Below are positions 1 to 9,580 of a stretch of DNA of 64,000 nt, in pieces; position 1 is the stretch's first letter, and every line of letters starts with the position of its first letter. Below the pieces are notes generated by a model. That model was not told where the DNA came from. It made no database searches and was given only the letters and a program-made list of their open reading frames with translations. The position numbers and the translations under genes are program-made. The DNA is from an uncultured Bacteroidota bacterium (GTDB lineage: Bacteria > Bacteroidota > Bacteroidia > Bacteroidales > SZUA-534), in contig CAMKOM010000009.1 of the NCBI GenBank assembly GCA_946414435.1, forward strand, positions 17,277-81,276, written 5' to 3'.

Positions 1-280
1 CCTGCCGCACTGGGCCGCCCTGCATAAAAATGATGCCGCCAATTTGCTGTTGTTCAAATAGTTCAACGGTCTGCTGATTGTAGCTTTCGGTTTTGTTCGA
101 ATAGACAGCCATCATTATCAGCTGCGCGATTTTCTGCCGCGTGTTGAGCGTATTTAGCACAGAATCAGCCCATTGCTCTTGCTCGGTGGTGGATTCCACC
201 TTTCCCGAATTGTGGCTATTGCCATAGGCGGCCACCGCAGTCAATAAACCAATCGTAACCGATAAATATTTGAAAATCAT
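1..280 (-). CDS. glycoside hydrolase family 3-like exported protein, N-terminal ~93 codons only (gene runs off the window start)
   Basis: Own minus-strand translation from ATG at 280-278 gives MIFKYLSVTIGLLTAVAAYG (signal peptide), then RQKIAQLIMMAVYSNKTE and QQQIGGIIFMQGGP. This resembles GH3 (NagZ/BglX-type) N-termini as I remember them. It is open-ended, so it is absent from the ORF track. Confidence 0.5.
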   Translation of the reverse strand, partial: MIFKYLSVTIGLLTAVAAYGNSHNSGKVESTTEQEQWADSVLNTLNTRQKIAQLIMMAVYSNKTESYNQQTVELFEQQQIGGIIFMQGGPVRQ

Positions 281-394
281 TATTCCTACAAGTTTGGCGC
301 TTTGCTTTTTATAAATTGAGTAAGGTTTAAAGATTAACGAGTAATGTATGTGGAATTAGCTCGTAATTCATTCAACCTTCAATCCTTCAATCAA

Positions 395-1720
395 TCAGTG
401 AATGAATTTGAACAATCTGCGCCAGCGGATGTTTTTCGGGAACGATTTGTCCTTGTCCGACGAGAACCAAATCATCGAAGCCTTGCCAACTATGTGGTCT
501 TCAGGCACAAAGCCCCAGAAACGCGAGTCGAGCGAGTTGTGGCGGTTGTCGCCCATCATCCAGTAGTAGTCCATTGCAAAGGTGTACTTGTCGGCGGGCT
601 GCCCATTTATATATATGGTGCTGTCCTTGACTTGCAGGTCGTTGCCTTCGTAGATGCGGATAATGCGCTGATACAAAGGAAGATTGTCAATTGTTAAATC
701 GATGGTTGCGCCCTTTTGCGGAACCCATAGCGGGCCAAAGTTGTCTTCGTTCCAGCGATAGCGCGCGTCGTGCGGGAAGTTGGTGCCGTCGTAGCGGTCG
801 CCTGCGTTGACGCGTTTTATCTCTCTGATAAAGCGGAAGTTATGCAGACTTTCAACCATTTCGGGCGTCAGTGGAATTTGGTAGTGTCCTGCGGCAATTT
901 GGCTGCGGCTGATGTCTTCCATCGATATTCCCAACTTCTGTAAAGCCTTGGGACTGAACGATGTACCATCGGTTATGATGTCGTAACGATACTGCTTGAT
1001 GCCGATTTCTTCTTGCGGCTTTCCGTTGATAAACAGTTGTCCGTCAACAATTTTGAGCGAGTCGCCAGGAATGGCCACGCAGCGTTTGATGTAGTTTTCG
1101 CGCTTGTCAACGGGGCGATAGCCGATGGTGTAGTACTGCCAGATTCTGTCGCGGCCGTAGTCGCGCACCAGTTGGTGGTAACTAGGTGCTTGATTTTCAA
1201 GGCAAACCGTGTCGCCTTCGGGGAAGTTGAACACCACCACATCGTTGTTCTTAATCTTGCGGAAGCCAGCCATACGTGTGTATTTGCGCTGCCAAACATC
1301 AGAATATGAACGTGTTGTGGCAGTGAACGGCATCGTGTGATGCACGAATGGTACTGAAATTGGTGTAATCGGCTTGCGCGGGCCGTAAGTGAACTTATTT
1401 ACAAACAAATAGTCGCCCACGAGCAGCGATTTTTCCATCGACGAAGTGGGGATGGTGTACGCCTCGAACAAGAACGTGCGGATGAGTGACGCCACAACTA
1501 CCGCAAATATCACAGCATCAATCCATTCCACGGTTTTGGTCTGCTTCTCAACGCCTTTTTTCTTCCAAAAAGCCCAATGAACTTTTTTGGTGATGTAGAC
1601 GTCGAAAATCACAGGAATGCCCAGCAGCCACCACAGACTGCCGTTCCAGATAATCCACAGAATGTAGATTACGATTGCGATGCTGAATTTGATTATGTCT
1701 TTCTTTGACGGCTTTCCCAT
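395..1720 (-). CDS. lepB: signal peptidase I (S26 family)
   Basis: 441-aa ORF with N-terminal TM segments. It has the catalytic-Ser region SSMEKSLLVGDYLFVNK and the C-terminal box GDNRHNSLDSRFWGFVPEDHIVGKA typical of type I signal peptidases. Confidence 0.9.
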   Translation of the reverse strand: MGKPSKKDIIKFSIAIVIYILWIIWNGSLWWLLGIPVIFDVYITKKVHWAFWKKKGVEKQTKTVEWIDAVIFAVVVASLIRTFLFEAYTIPTSSMEKSLLVGDYLFVNKFTYGPRKPITPISVPFVHHTMPFTATTRSYSDVWQRKYTRMAGFRKIKNNDVVVFNFPEGDTVCLENQAPSYHQLVRDYGRDRIWQYYTIGYRPVDKRENYIKRCVAIPGDSLKIVDGQLFINGKPQEEIGIKQYRYDIITDGTSFSPKALQKLGISMEDISRSQIAAGHYQIPLTPEMVESLHNFRFIREIKRVNAGDRYDGTNFPHDARYRWNEDNFGPLWVPQKGATIDLTIDNLPLYQRIIRIYEGNDLQVKDSTIYINGQPADKYTFAMDYYWMMGDNRHNSLDSRFWGFVPEDHIVGKASMIWFSSDKDKSFPKNIRWRRLFKFIH

Positions 1721-1723
1721 TGC

Positions 1724-2452
1724 TTAATGTTTTAATATTGAGTCAAATACATCTTTCATACTGTAGATGCCCCGTTTGCCAGCCATAAACTCGGCGGCCA
1801 CAACAGCGCCAAGCGCGAAACCCTTACGGTTGAAGGCCTCGTGGCGGATGGTAATCTCGTCGGCCTCAGAGCGGTAGAAAACTTCGTGAGTGCCAGGCAC
1901 CTCGCCAACGCGTTCCGATGTTATCGGCAACTCATTCGGCTGACAATCAGCGGTTTTTACCCACTTGTCTAATCGCGGATTGATTTTCACAATGTCCTCG
2001 CCCAAGGTGATGGCCGTGCCGCTTGGTGCGTCAAGTTTGTGAATATGGTGTATCTCATTCATTCTCACTGAATAATCGGGGAAACTGCTCATCATTTCGG
2101 CAAGTTTGCGGTTCAGTTCAAAGAACAGGTTCACGCCCAGACTGAAGTTCGAAGCGTAAAGGAAACCGCCGTTCTGTTTGCGGCACTCGTCCTCAACCAT
2201 CGGGCGTTGGTCGAGCCAGCCCGTGGTGCCCGTAACCACAGGCACACCCGCCTTGAAGCACTTCAGATAGTCGCCAACAGCCGATTCGGGAAAAGTGAAC
2301 TCAATGGCCACATCAACCGTTTTAAACTTCTCGCTTTCAAGGTCTTGCATATTGTCCTTGTCGATGGTCAGCACAACCTCGTGCCCTCTTTTCACGGCAA
2401 TGGCCTCAATCTCGTGGCCCATCCGTCCGTATCCGATAATCGCTAATTTCAT
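1724..2452 (-). CDS. dapB: 4-hydroxy-tetrahydrodipicolinate reductase
   Basis: ORF track gives 1724..2512. I trim the start to MKLAIIGYGRMGHEIE (Rossmann GxGxxG). The HHIHKLDAPSGTA motif is typical of DapB. The stop lies 3 nt from the lepB start, suggesting an operon. Confidence 0.85.
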   Translation of the reverse strand: MKLAIIGYGRMGHEIEAIAVKRGHEVVLTIDKDNMQDLESEKFKTVDVAIEFTFPESAVGDYLKCFKAGVPVVTGTTGWLDQRPMVEDECRKQNGGFLYASNFSLGVNLFFELNRKLAEMMSSFPDYSVRMNEIHHIHKLDAPSGTAITLGEDIVKINPRLDKWVKTADCQPNELPITSERVGEVPGTHEVFYRSEADEITIRHEAFNRKGFALGAVVAAEFMAGKRGIYSMKDVFDSILKH

Positions 2453-2771
2453 CAGTCTATGTTTTGAATTTAAATTTTGTGCAAATGTTTGTCGAATTTC
2501 GATAAGAATCAAACGAATGACAAAAAAAACTATTGTTGTTACGGTGATTTAATTTGTCACCTCATATATGAACAATCTATTTCGAAGGCCGCGATATGCA
2601 TAAAGAAGTGTAGAAGTAGGAGGTGAGAGTTTAGAAGGTTGAGTTTAACAAGTTTAGCGGGTTGAACAAGTTTAAAGTTCGATTAATCCTTTAAATCCAT
2701 TTAATCTGTATTCCAGATAAATATCGGGACTGTGTTCTTTGCTCATTACACTTTACGCCTTGCACAAAAAC

Positions 2772-3989
2772 CTATCGTAGCCGATTCTTCGCAAAATATC
2801 GGTTTGTGTGAAGGAATAGTGCCAGAACGCCCGCAACATTCACTACCAAAGCCGCCCAAAAGGCTGAATGGTAGCCGTAGTTTTCGGCAAAGAATCCGCC
2901 TACAAGCACGCCTGCACCCACGCCTACATCCCACGAGGTGAGTTGCGTTGCGTTGGCTGTTCCGCGCAAACTGTTGGGAGCCAGATTGATAAACATCGTT
3001 TGAAAAGCGGGAAACATATGGCCGTTGCCAAAGCCGATGATTAGTGCCGCACCGTAGTAGCCGATGGGTGAGTGCACGGCGGCAAAAAGCAGATACCCAA
3101 ACATCGACACCAGCACACCGAATGATGCGTTGCGGGTTATCTTCCCGTCGCGCAGAGAGCGGCTGCCGATGAGCCGAGCCAGAATCAGGCCGCCAGCCAG
3201 CAGCATAAAGAACAGCCCCGTACCGCCCGTGATGCCCAATTCTTCTTTCCCGTAGATGGCTATATAGGTAGAAAGCACACCGTACGAGAATGCGTAGCAG
3301 GCTTGTGTGGCTGCCGGCGACCAGCCTTTCAGAAGGAAAAAGCGGTCGAGAGAGATGGGTGTCTGCGGCCTGACTTGCTCGCGCGGCGCAATTTTCAGCG
3401 TTGAGTTAATGGCGAGACCAATGCCTGCACACGCCAGCGATAAAGCAAAAAGTGCATCGTAGTTGTGCCACACGTGAAAGATGTAGAGCGCAACGGTGGG
3501 TGCCAGAGCAGTGGCAATGTTGTTGCTAAGTCCGTAGTAACCAATGCCTTCGGCTCGGCGCTCGGGATGCAGTACATCGATGGCCACGGTGCTGTTGGCC
3601 ACAGTGGTTGCGCCAAACGGTGCGCCGTGCAGGGTGCGCACAATGGCGAACAGCAGCAGCGAGCCCGCCACCAGATAACCTGCAAAAAAGGCGAAAAACA
3701 GAAAATAAACTACCAACAGCACCTGCTTGCGCGGAAAACTATCGACCAGAAAACCGCTGAACGGCCTGAAAAGCAGCGCGGTGAGCGTATAACCCGACAG
3801 CACCAGCCCGATAGTCTCTTTGTCAGTGCCGAAAGTGTCGCTCAAATATAGCGGTAGCAGCGGCGCCAGCAGCATAAATGAAAAGAAAATCATAAAGTTG
3901 GCGCACCAAATCTTTATGTAGTTGGCGTTCCAAAGTTCTGGTTTGGCAGTGTTTGTATCTTGCTGTTCCATTGATTTTTGCTGATGCAA
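2772..3989 (-). CDS. MFS transporter
   Basis: 405-aa ORF that is hydrophobic throughout, with about 12 predicted TM spans. The loop motif FRPFSGFLVDSFPRKQ resembles the MFS D-R/K-x-G-R-K/R signature. Confidence 0.75.
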   Translation of the reverse strand: MHQQKSMEQQDTNTAKPELWNANYIKIWCANFMIFFSFMLLAPLLPLYLSDTFGTDKETIGLVLSGYTLTALLFRPFSGFLVDSFPRKQVLLVVYFLFFAFFAGYLVAGSLLLFAIVRTLHGAPFGATTVANSTVAIDVLHPERRAEGIGYYGLSNNIATALAPTVALYIFHVWHNYDALFALSLACAGIGLAINSTLKIAPREQVRPQTPISLDRFFLLKGWSPAATQACYAFSYGVLSTYIAIYGKEELGITGGTGLFFMLLAGGLILARLIGSRSLRDGKITRNASFGVLVSMFGYLLFAAVHSPIGYYGAALIIGFGNGHMFPAFQTMFINLAPNSLRGTANATQLTSWDVGVGAGVLVGGFFAENYGYHSAFWAALVVNVAGVLALFLHTNRYFAKNRLR

Positions 3990-4211
3990 CTAACAGCTTT
4001 TATGACAGCTGCTTTCGCGATGCAAAGTTGGGGAAATCAATCGAGAAAATTTCATTTTACTAATGTAATTTGCCACCCAAACCCAATTACCCTTGTCTAA
4101 ATCACACTCTTTCCGCCACTTTCTTGCCATATATCGATAAAAAACTCATTTAGTCGGATGAATAAACCGTGGCAATCGGCAAAAAATAGTGGCGGCTGTT
4201 TTCAGTTTTCA

Positions 4212-4219
4212 TATATTTG
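4212..4219 (+). promoter_or_regulatory. candidate Bacteroidetes -7 promoter box (TATATTTG)
   Basis: Exact match to the TAnnTTTG consensus, 17 nt upstream of the ATG at 4236. Confidence 0.45.
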
Positions 4220-4235
4220 ACCAAAATTGAAAACT

Positions 4236-6071
4236 ATGGCTAACGACGTAACAATCAGCCGCCGCCAGTTCCTGAAGACCTTGGGCGGGGGCATAGCGGC
4301 AGCAGCGGCAGTTTCGGCTTGCGGCAGCGGCAATCAAAAATCAGCGGTTTCGAAAAGCGCTAGCGGTGATTCTGAAGGCCAGATGACCTACCGCACTGAC
4401 CTTCACGGGCAACAGGTGTCGCTGTTGGGCTACGGCTGTATGCGATTCCCAACCAAAGGTGGCCTGAGTGGCCGCGAAGACCGCAACGCCGAACTCGACC
4501 AAGAGCAAATCAACCGGTTGATTGACTATGCGATAGAGCACGGAGTCAACCTTTTCGACACGTCGCCGGCCTATTGCCAGGGCAAGTCGGAAGGCGCGCT
4601 CGGCAAGGCCTTGAGCCGCCATAATCGCAGCGAGTTCTTGGTGTCGACCAAACTGTCGAACTTTGCAAACAGCACCCGCGAGTCGTCGATGGCAATGTAC
4701 AAGAAGTCGTTCCAGGAGTTGCAGGTCGATTATATTGACTACTACCTTCTTCACGGCATTGGCAGCAAGCAGCAGATGCAGTCGCGCTATGTCGATAACG
4801 GAATGCTGGATTTCCTTGTCGGCGAGCGCGAGGCTGGACGTATCCGTAACCTTGGGTTCTCGTTTCACGGCGACAAGGAAGGCTTCGACTATCTGCTCGC
4901 CCTGAACGAAACCTATCATTGGGATTTCATTCTGATTCAGCACAATTTTGTCGATTGGAATCACGCTGCCGCGATGAATTCGCGCAATCTGAATTCCGAA
5001 TACACCTACACCGAACTCGAGAAACGCAACATTCCGGTTCTTGTAATGGAGCCGCTTTTGGGCGGCCGGTTGGCCAACCTTAACGACCACGCCACGGCTT
5101 TGCTCAAACAGCGTGAGCCCGATGCCAGCGTGGCTTCGTGGGCGTTCCGTTTCGCAGGGTCGCAGCCGCGAATACTGTCGGTCTTGAGCGGAATGACCTA
5201 TATGGAGCATTTACAGGACAACGTGAAAACATACTCGCCGCTCAAACCCCTGTCTGACGACGATTTGCGTCTTCTTGCCCATATTGCCGACATTTACGCG
5301 TCGTTCCCAATGGTGCCCTGCAACACTTGCCAGTATTGTATGCCGTGCCCCTACGGACTCGACATTCCGGGCATTTTCAGCCACTACAACAAGTGCATCA
5401 ACGAAGGTCTCATCATTGAAGACCGCCAGGACCCCGAGTACAAAAAAGCCCGCAAGGCGTTCCTTATCGGCTACGACCGCAGCGTGCCGCGCCTGCGACA
5501 GGCCAACCACTGCATTGGCTGCAACCACTGCCTGCCCGAGTGCCCGCAGCGCATCAACATTCCGCGCGAAATGCAGCATATCGACCGTTTTGTCGAGGAA
5601 TTGAAGCGCGACGGAGCCGAACTTGGCACCACTGTCATTCTGTCGGCGCTTTCGCGGACACTCGACGAAGGACGCTATTCGTGCGTCATATATAATAATG
5701 GCGAGACACGTACCTTCAGACAGCGCGGAGTGCTCGACCTGCACGACCTTGTCAGTGAGAAAAGCGAGTTCCTGCGTGGAGCGCTTATGTCCGACAAGAT
5801 TGTTGGCAAAGGCGCCGCAGCCTTGATGGTGCTTGGCGGAGTGAAGGCCGTACGTACCGAAGTTATCAGTACGCCGGCACTTAAAATGCTAACCGACAAT
5901 GGTATAAAGGCTGTGTTCGACACCGAAGTGCCATACGTCGAAAACCGCCGGAAAACAGGGCAGTGTCCGCTCGACAATCGTCTGCAAAACGTTTCAACGC
6001 CAAACGAAAGTTGGCCTGTAATTCAGCAGTTTGTAGCCGATTTACGCGCCGGAGTTGATGTGATGCAGTAG
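4236..6071 (+). CDS. Tat-signal lipoprotein: aldo/keto reductase + Cys-rich [4Fe-4S]-type region + C-terminal DUF1893-like domain
   Basis: ORF track starts at TTG 4227; I prefer ATG 4236. There is a twin-arginine motif SRRQFLK followed by the lipobox AVSAC. The AKR core includes GVNLFDTSPAY and IDYYLLHG. Cys clusters are CNTCQYCMPCP and CIGCNHCLPECP. The tail KIVGKGAAALMVLGG...CPLD resembles DUF1893 from memory. Confidence 0.75.
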   Translation: MANDVTISRRQFLKTLGGGIAAAAAVSACGSGNQKSAVSKSASGDSEGQMTYRTDLHGQQVSLLGYGCMRFPTKGGLSGREDRNAELDQEQINRLIDYAIEHGVNLFDTSPAYCQGKSEGALGKALSRHNRSEFLVSTKLSNFANSTRESSMAMYKKSFQELQVDYIDYYLLHGIGSKQQMQSRYVDNGMLDFLVGEREAGRIRNLGFSFHGDKEGFDYLLALNETYHWDFILIQHNFVDWNHAAAMNSRNLNSEYTYTELEKRNIPVLVMEPLLGGRLANLNDHATALLKQREPDASVASWAFRFAGSQPRILSVLSGMTYMEHLQDNVKTYSPLKPLSDDDLRLLAHIADIYASFPMVPCNTCQYCMPCPYGLDIPGIFSHYNKCINEGLIIEDRQDPEYKKARKAFLIGYDRSVPRLRQANHCIGCNHCLPECPQRINIPREMQHIDRFVEELKRDGAELGTTVILSALSRTLDEGRYSCVIYNNGETRTFRQRGVLDLHDLVSEKSEFLRGALMSDKIVGKGAAALMVLGGVKAVRTEVISTPALKMLTDNGIKAVFDTEVPYVENRRKTGQCPLDNRLQNVSTPNESWPVIQQFVADLRAGVDVMQ

Positions 6072-6181
6072 AATAAAGGCATTAGGCAGAAGGCATTAGT
6101 GGGGACGGCATATTATGGCGTCCGCTTACGATTAAACCCGTTAAACAGCGAAGCGACTTAACTCTAAACCTTTACCTGAAA

Positions 6182-6613
6182 ATGGACGACCAATCATATA
6201 TGCGCAAAGCCCTTGAGCAGGCCAAAATAGCCTTCGAAAAAGACGAAGTGCCCATTGGCGCGGTTGTTGTCTGCAACGACCAGATTATCGCCCGAGCCTG
6301 CAATCTGACCGAAACGCTCAACGATGTCACTGCCCATGCTGAGATGCAAGCCATAACATCGGCGGCGGGTTACATAGGTGGCAAATACCTGACTGACTGT
6401 ACGCTATATGTGACCGTGGAGCCGTGCCCAATGTGTGCCGGTGCGCTTGCTTGGGCGCAAATTAAGCGCATTGTCTATGGAGCCATCGACGAAAAGCGCG
6501 GTTGCCACCATTTCAGCGGCATTCATCATTCCAAAACCGAAGTCGTCGGCGGAGTGCTTGAAGAAGAATGCGCGGCTTTGATGAAAGAGTTTTTTGCGAA
6601 AAAGAGAAGTTGA
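6182..6613 (+). CDS. tadA: tRNA adenosine(34) deaminase
   Basis: 143 aa with the CDA-fold zinc motifs HAEMQAI and PCPMCAGAL. Size and N-terminus (MRKALEQAK) are typical of TadA. Confidence 0.9.
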   Translation: MDDQSYMRKALEQAKIAFEKDEVPIGAVVVCNDQIIARACNLTETLNDVTAHAEMQAITSAAGYIGGKYLTDCTLYVTVEPCPMCAGALAWAQIKRIVYGAIDEKRGCHHFSGIHHSKTEVVGGVLEEECAALMKEFFAKKRS

Positions 6614-6698
6614 ATGGTTGCTTTGGAGCATCAAATTTCCAATGAATAATATTCGACCGAATTAAGTTTGCGTTTTGCCTTTTTTTGTTTTTCCAACT

Positions 6699-6706
6699 AC
6701 TTTTGC
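6699..6706 (+). promoter_or_regulatory. candidate -7 promoter box (TACTTTTG)
   Basis: TAnnTTTG match 36 nt upstream of ATG 6742. It lies downstream of the ORF-track start at 6685, which argues for the 6742 start. Confidence 0.4.
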
Positions 6707-6741
6707 GAAGAGTAGGACTGCGAATTAAACAGCGGAAAGAA

Positions 6742-7794
6742 ATGGCCGATAAAATGCTTACAATAAAGATAACTCCATACAGGGCCGGACTTGGCGAAAT
6801 ATATCATCGTCAGACAAAGAATGATGCTATGGTTTCGTTGAACGGGAAATACCGATTCATCATAGATGACAATTTTAAAAATCCCGATTTTTGGGTTGTT
6901 CAGGGCAAAGGTGTCAGGCAGAAAACTATTTGCAATGTGGCGCCAGAGAACGTCATTTTCCTAAACACTGAGCCACGGTCGGTATTGAACTATCCGCAAA
7001 AATATCTGAGCCAGTTTGGACTGGTCTCCACTAGCCAATTTCCAACCAAGCATCGCAATGTGCATTATGCGCAGGCTGTTCTGCCGTGGTTTGTGGGCTA
7101 TAAAGAAGATGCGGTAACAGGCAAGTGTACATTTTCCATTGATTATGACACATTGAAAAACAACGGTTTCCCGAAAAAAGAAAAACTTATATCAGTAATC
7201 TCAAGTAATCTTGCGGTATCACGCGGGCATATAAACCGTTTGAAATTTGTTGAAAAGCTGAAGGCGTATTATGGTGATAAAATCGACATATTCGGCAGGG
7301 GTTTTAATGGTTTTGATGATAAATGGGACATCCTGTCAAAATATAAGTACCACATTTGCATAGAAAACTGTTCGGAACTCTATTACTGGACCGAGAAAAT
7401 CTCCGATTGTTTTCTTGCCGGAACGTATCCGTTTTATTACGGTTGCAAGAATCTTTCCGATTATTTTCCGCAAGAGTCATTTACACCGATAGACATTCTT
7501 GATTTCGAAAAATCAAAAGATATAATCGATGAAATGATAGAAAAGGACAAGTGCGAGACTGCCGCTGCCGCTCTGACTGAAGCAAAAAACTTGGTTTTGG
7601 ATAAGTACAATCTCTTTGAGTACATTGCAAGTCTTTGCGATATGCTCGATCCTGATGCTAAAAAGGAAGATGTTGAGATTGTTCCATGCAATTCAACTCT
7701 TGATGTCCGTAATTTCATGAATTACATGTTTTTCCGGAGCTATTACAAGACCGAGATGAAACTATATCACTTTTTTCACAAGTCGGAACTGTAA
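6742..7794 (+). CDS. glycosyltransferase, GT10 (fucosyltransferase)-like
   Basis: YKYHICIENCSELYYWTEKISDCFLAGTYPFYYG resembles the GT10 motif YKFxLxFENSxxxxYxTEK. The start is trimmed to the ATG at 6742. The gene is visibly AT-richer than its neighbours. Confidence 0.6.
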   Translation: MADKMLTIKITPYRAGLGEIYHRQTKNDAMVSLNGKYRFIIDDNFKNPDFWVVQGKGVRQKTICNVAPENVIFLNTEPRSVLNYPQKYLSQFGLVSTSQFPTKHRNVHYAQAVLPWFVGYKEDAVTGKCTFSIDYDTLKNNGFPKKEKLISVISSNLAVSRGHINRLKFVEKLKAYYGDKIDIFGRGFNGFDDKWDILSKYKYHICIENCSELYYWTEKISDCFLAGTYPFYYGCKNLSDYFPQESFTPIDILDFEKSKDIIDEMIEKDKCETAAAALTEAKNLVLDKYNLFEYIASLCDMLDPDAKKEDVEIVPCNSTLDVRNFMNYMFFRSYYKTEMKLYHFFHKSEL

Positions 7795-7797
7795 CTT

Positions 7798-8847
7798 CTA
7801 TTTCCTGATTTTTCCGAAAGCCTTGATACTTGTGTACTTGCGCCAGATGTTGACTTTCCGTTTTTCGGGAACGCCATGACGTGCGATGAAGTCTTTTGCG
7901 CCTTCAAGCATACGCTGAGCCACTTTGCCGTCGGTATATGGGTCATAGTTATTAATAACCCACTGGCGGAGTTCTGTCAGTTTCGGGTCGGTCTTAATCT
8001 CATCGAAGGCCTTTGAAAGTTGCATCGGGTCGGTGATGTTTTTCCAATAGATGTCCTTTGCAACGGCATCGAGCGTAATGACAGGCTTGTCCAAAAGCAG
8101 AAATTCGTAAATTGTTGAACTTGTGTCGCTTATCATTGCGTCGGCCATCAGCATATACTTGGTGACAGTGTAATCTTCAATCCAAAGCATGTTTTTCTGC
8201 TCCGAAGCGAGTTGGCGGTATTCGTCCATCCACTCCTTTTTGGTGAGTGGGTGAAATTTCAGTATCAGCAGAACGTCCTGATTATTAACAAAATCGACGA
8301 GTCCTTCTTTGAACTTTGGCAGCGATGTCAGGCTTGGCGAGAATGTCGGGGCGTAAAGCACGAGTTCTTTTTTGCCGTATTTTTTGAGTAGTTCCTGCTT
8401 CTGCTGCTCGAAATCGTTTTTGTGGTGAAAAATCCAGTCCTGACGGGGCCAGCCAGTTTCCAACACTTCAAAATCCTTGTATTTTTTTGCAAGACGCTCG
8501 AATCCTGCGGTGAAAAACGGCCCCTGAGTGAAATAGGTGTCGAAATAGCGGCGGATAACCCAATGGTCCTTCTTCTCGGCCGCATAACCGTGGAAAATTT
8601 GGATTTTTACGCCCGAAAGGTAGTATGGCACAATGTTTCCAGGAACGAAAACGGCTTCAGGTTTGAAATCGTAGATTTCCTGAATTGAATTGGTGTATTT
8701 CACTTCGTCTTTCAACGGAAAATCGGGTATTTTCTTTTGATGAACATACCAAAGGATCTGATTTTCAGAATCTTTTTGTGCTTCTTCCTGAATCGGGTTC
8801 AGAATGTCTATCGCGTATTTGTTCTCGCAAAAAAGTACTATTTTCAT
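7798..8847 (-). CDS. CDP-glycerol/CDP-alcohol glycerophosphotransferase family protein (TagB/TagF-like)
   Basis: 349 aa. VLYAPTFSPS and ISDTSSTIYEFLLLDKPVI are typical of TagF-family polyol-phosphate transferases. Confidence 0.7.
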   Translation of the reverse strand: MKIVLFCENKYAIDILNPIQEEAQKDSENQILWYVHQKKIPDFPLKDEVKYTNSIQEIYDFKPEAVFVPGNIVPYYLSGVKIQIFHGYAAEKKDHWVIRRYFDTYFTQGPFFTAGFERLAKKYKDFEVLETGWPRQDWIFHHKNDFEQQKQELLKKYGKKELVLYAPTFSPSLTSLPKFKEGLVDFVNNQDVLLILKFHPLTKKEWMDEYRQLASEQKNMLWIEDYTVTKYMLMADAMISDTSSTIYEFLLLDKPVITLDAVAKDIYWKNITDPMQLSKAFDEIKTDPKLTELRQWVINNYDPYTDGKVAQRMLEGAKDFIARHGVPEKRKVNIWRKYTSIKAFGKIRK

Positions 8848-8860
8848 TATTGTGTAACTA

Positions 8861-9580
8861 TCAAATTTTCATATTCTTAACTCGCTCGTAGTCTTCCACG
8901 GTGTCGATTTCCATCGAGAAGAAATCGGTGGTGTCGAGATATTTGAAAATGTGCCCTTGCGGGATAAGGCGCTCAAAGGCTTTCTCGTAGAAAACGTTTG
9001 AAAGGCCTTCACGGTCAATCATTTGGTGCAACTCTTTGTACAACGCGGCAGAATAGCCAGCCGACATTTTCTCAAGCCCCACCGATTCGCCAACGGCATT
9101 CTCAATGCTGCAAACCTTACTTATTTCTAGTACATTGCGCTCGTTGTCGGAAATGATTTTGATTTCTTCTTCGCCAAGTTCGTGGCGGTTCATTGCCAGA
9201 ACGTCAGGATTTTTGTCGGCCAAAAGCGCCGCAATTATGTCCTTCGAGAAGAGTATGTCGCTGTCGGACAGGATAAAATCGTTGCCGCACGCAAAATCTT
9301 CGGCCAAAAAGAGCGAATAAATATTGTTGGTTGTGGCGTAATCCTTGTTGCAGAGAAACTTAACGTTGAGATTGGGATAGTTATTCTTCACAAAATCTAT
9401 AATCATTTCCTGTAGATAACCAGTAACTATCAGAAAATCAGAAATTCCGTTGCTGATGAAATTGTCGAGTGTCCGCTCTAAAAGCGTTTTCCCGTTCACC
9501 TTCAAAAGGCATTTTGGGGTGCTGGCTGTGAGCGGGCGAAGGCGCGACGCGGTGCCTGCGGCAAGGATTACGGCTTTCAT
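8861..9580 (-). CDS. nucleotidyltransferase (LicC/phospho-alcohol cytidylyltransferase-like)
   Basis: N-terminal MKAVILAAGTASRLRPLTASTPKCLLKVNGKTLL is the sugar/phospho-alcohol nucleotidyltransferase signature. The start overlaps the stop of the upstream gene (ATGA at 9577-9580). Confidence 0.7.
   Translation of the reverse strand: MKAVILAAGTASRLRPLTASTPKCLLKVNGKTLLERTLDNFISNGISDFLIVTGYLQEMIIDFVKNNYPNLNVKFLCNKDYATTNNIYSLFLAEDFACGNDFILSDSDILFSKDIIAALLADKNPDVLAMNRHELGEEEIKIISDNERNVLEISKVCSIENAVGESVGLEKMSAGYSAALYKELHQMIDREGLSNVFYEKAFERLIPQGHIFKYLDTTDFFSMEIDTVEDYERVKNMKI

Noticed and set aside
344-697. A 117-aa plus-strand ORF near the window start.
   Set aside because: It lies almost entirely antisense to the well-supported lepB gene and has no motif support.
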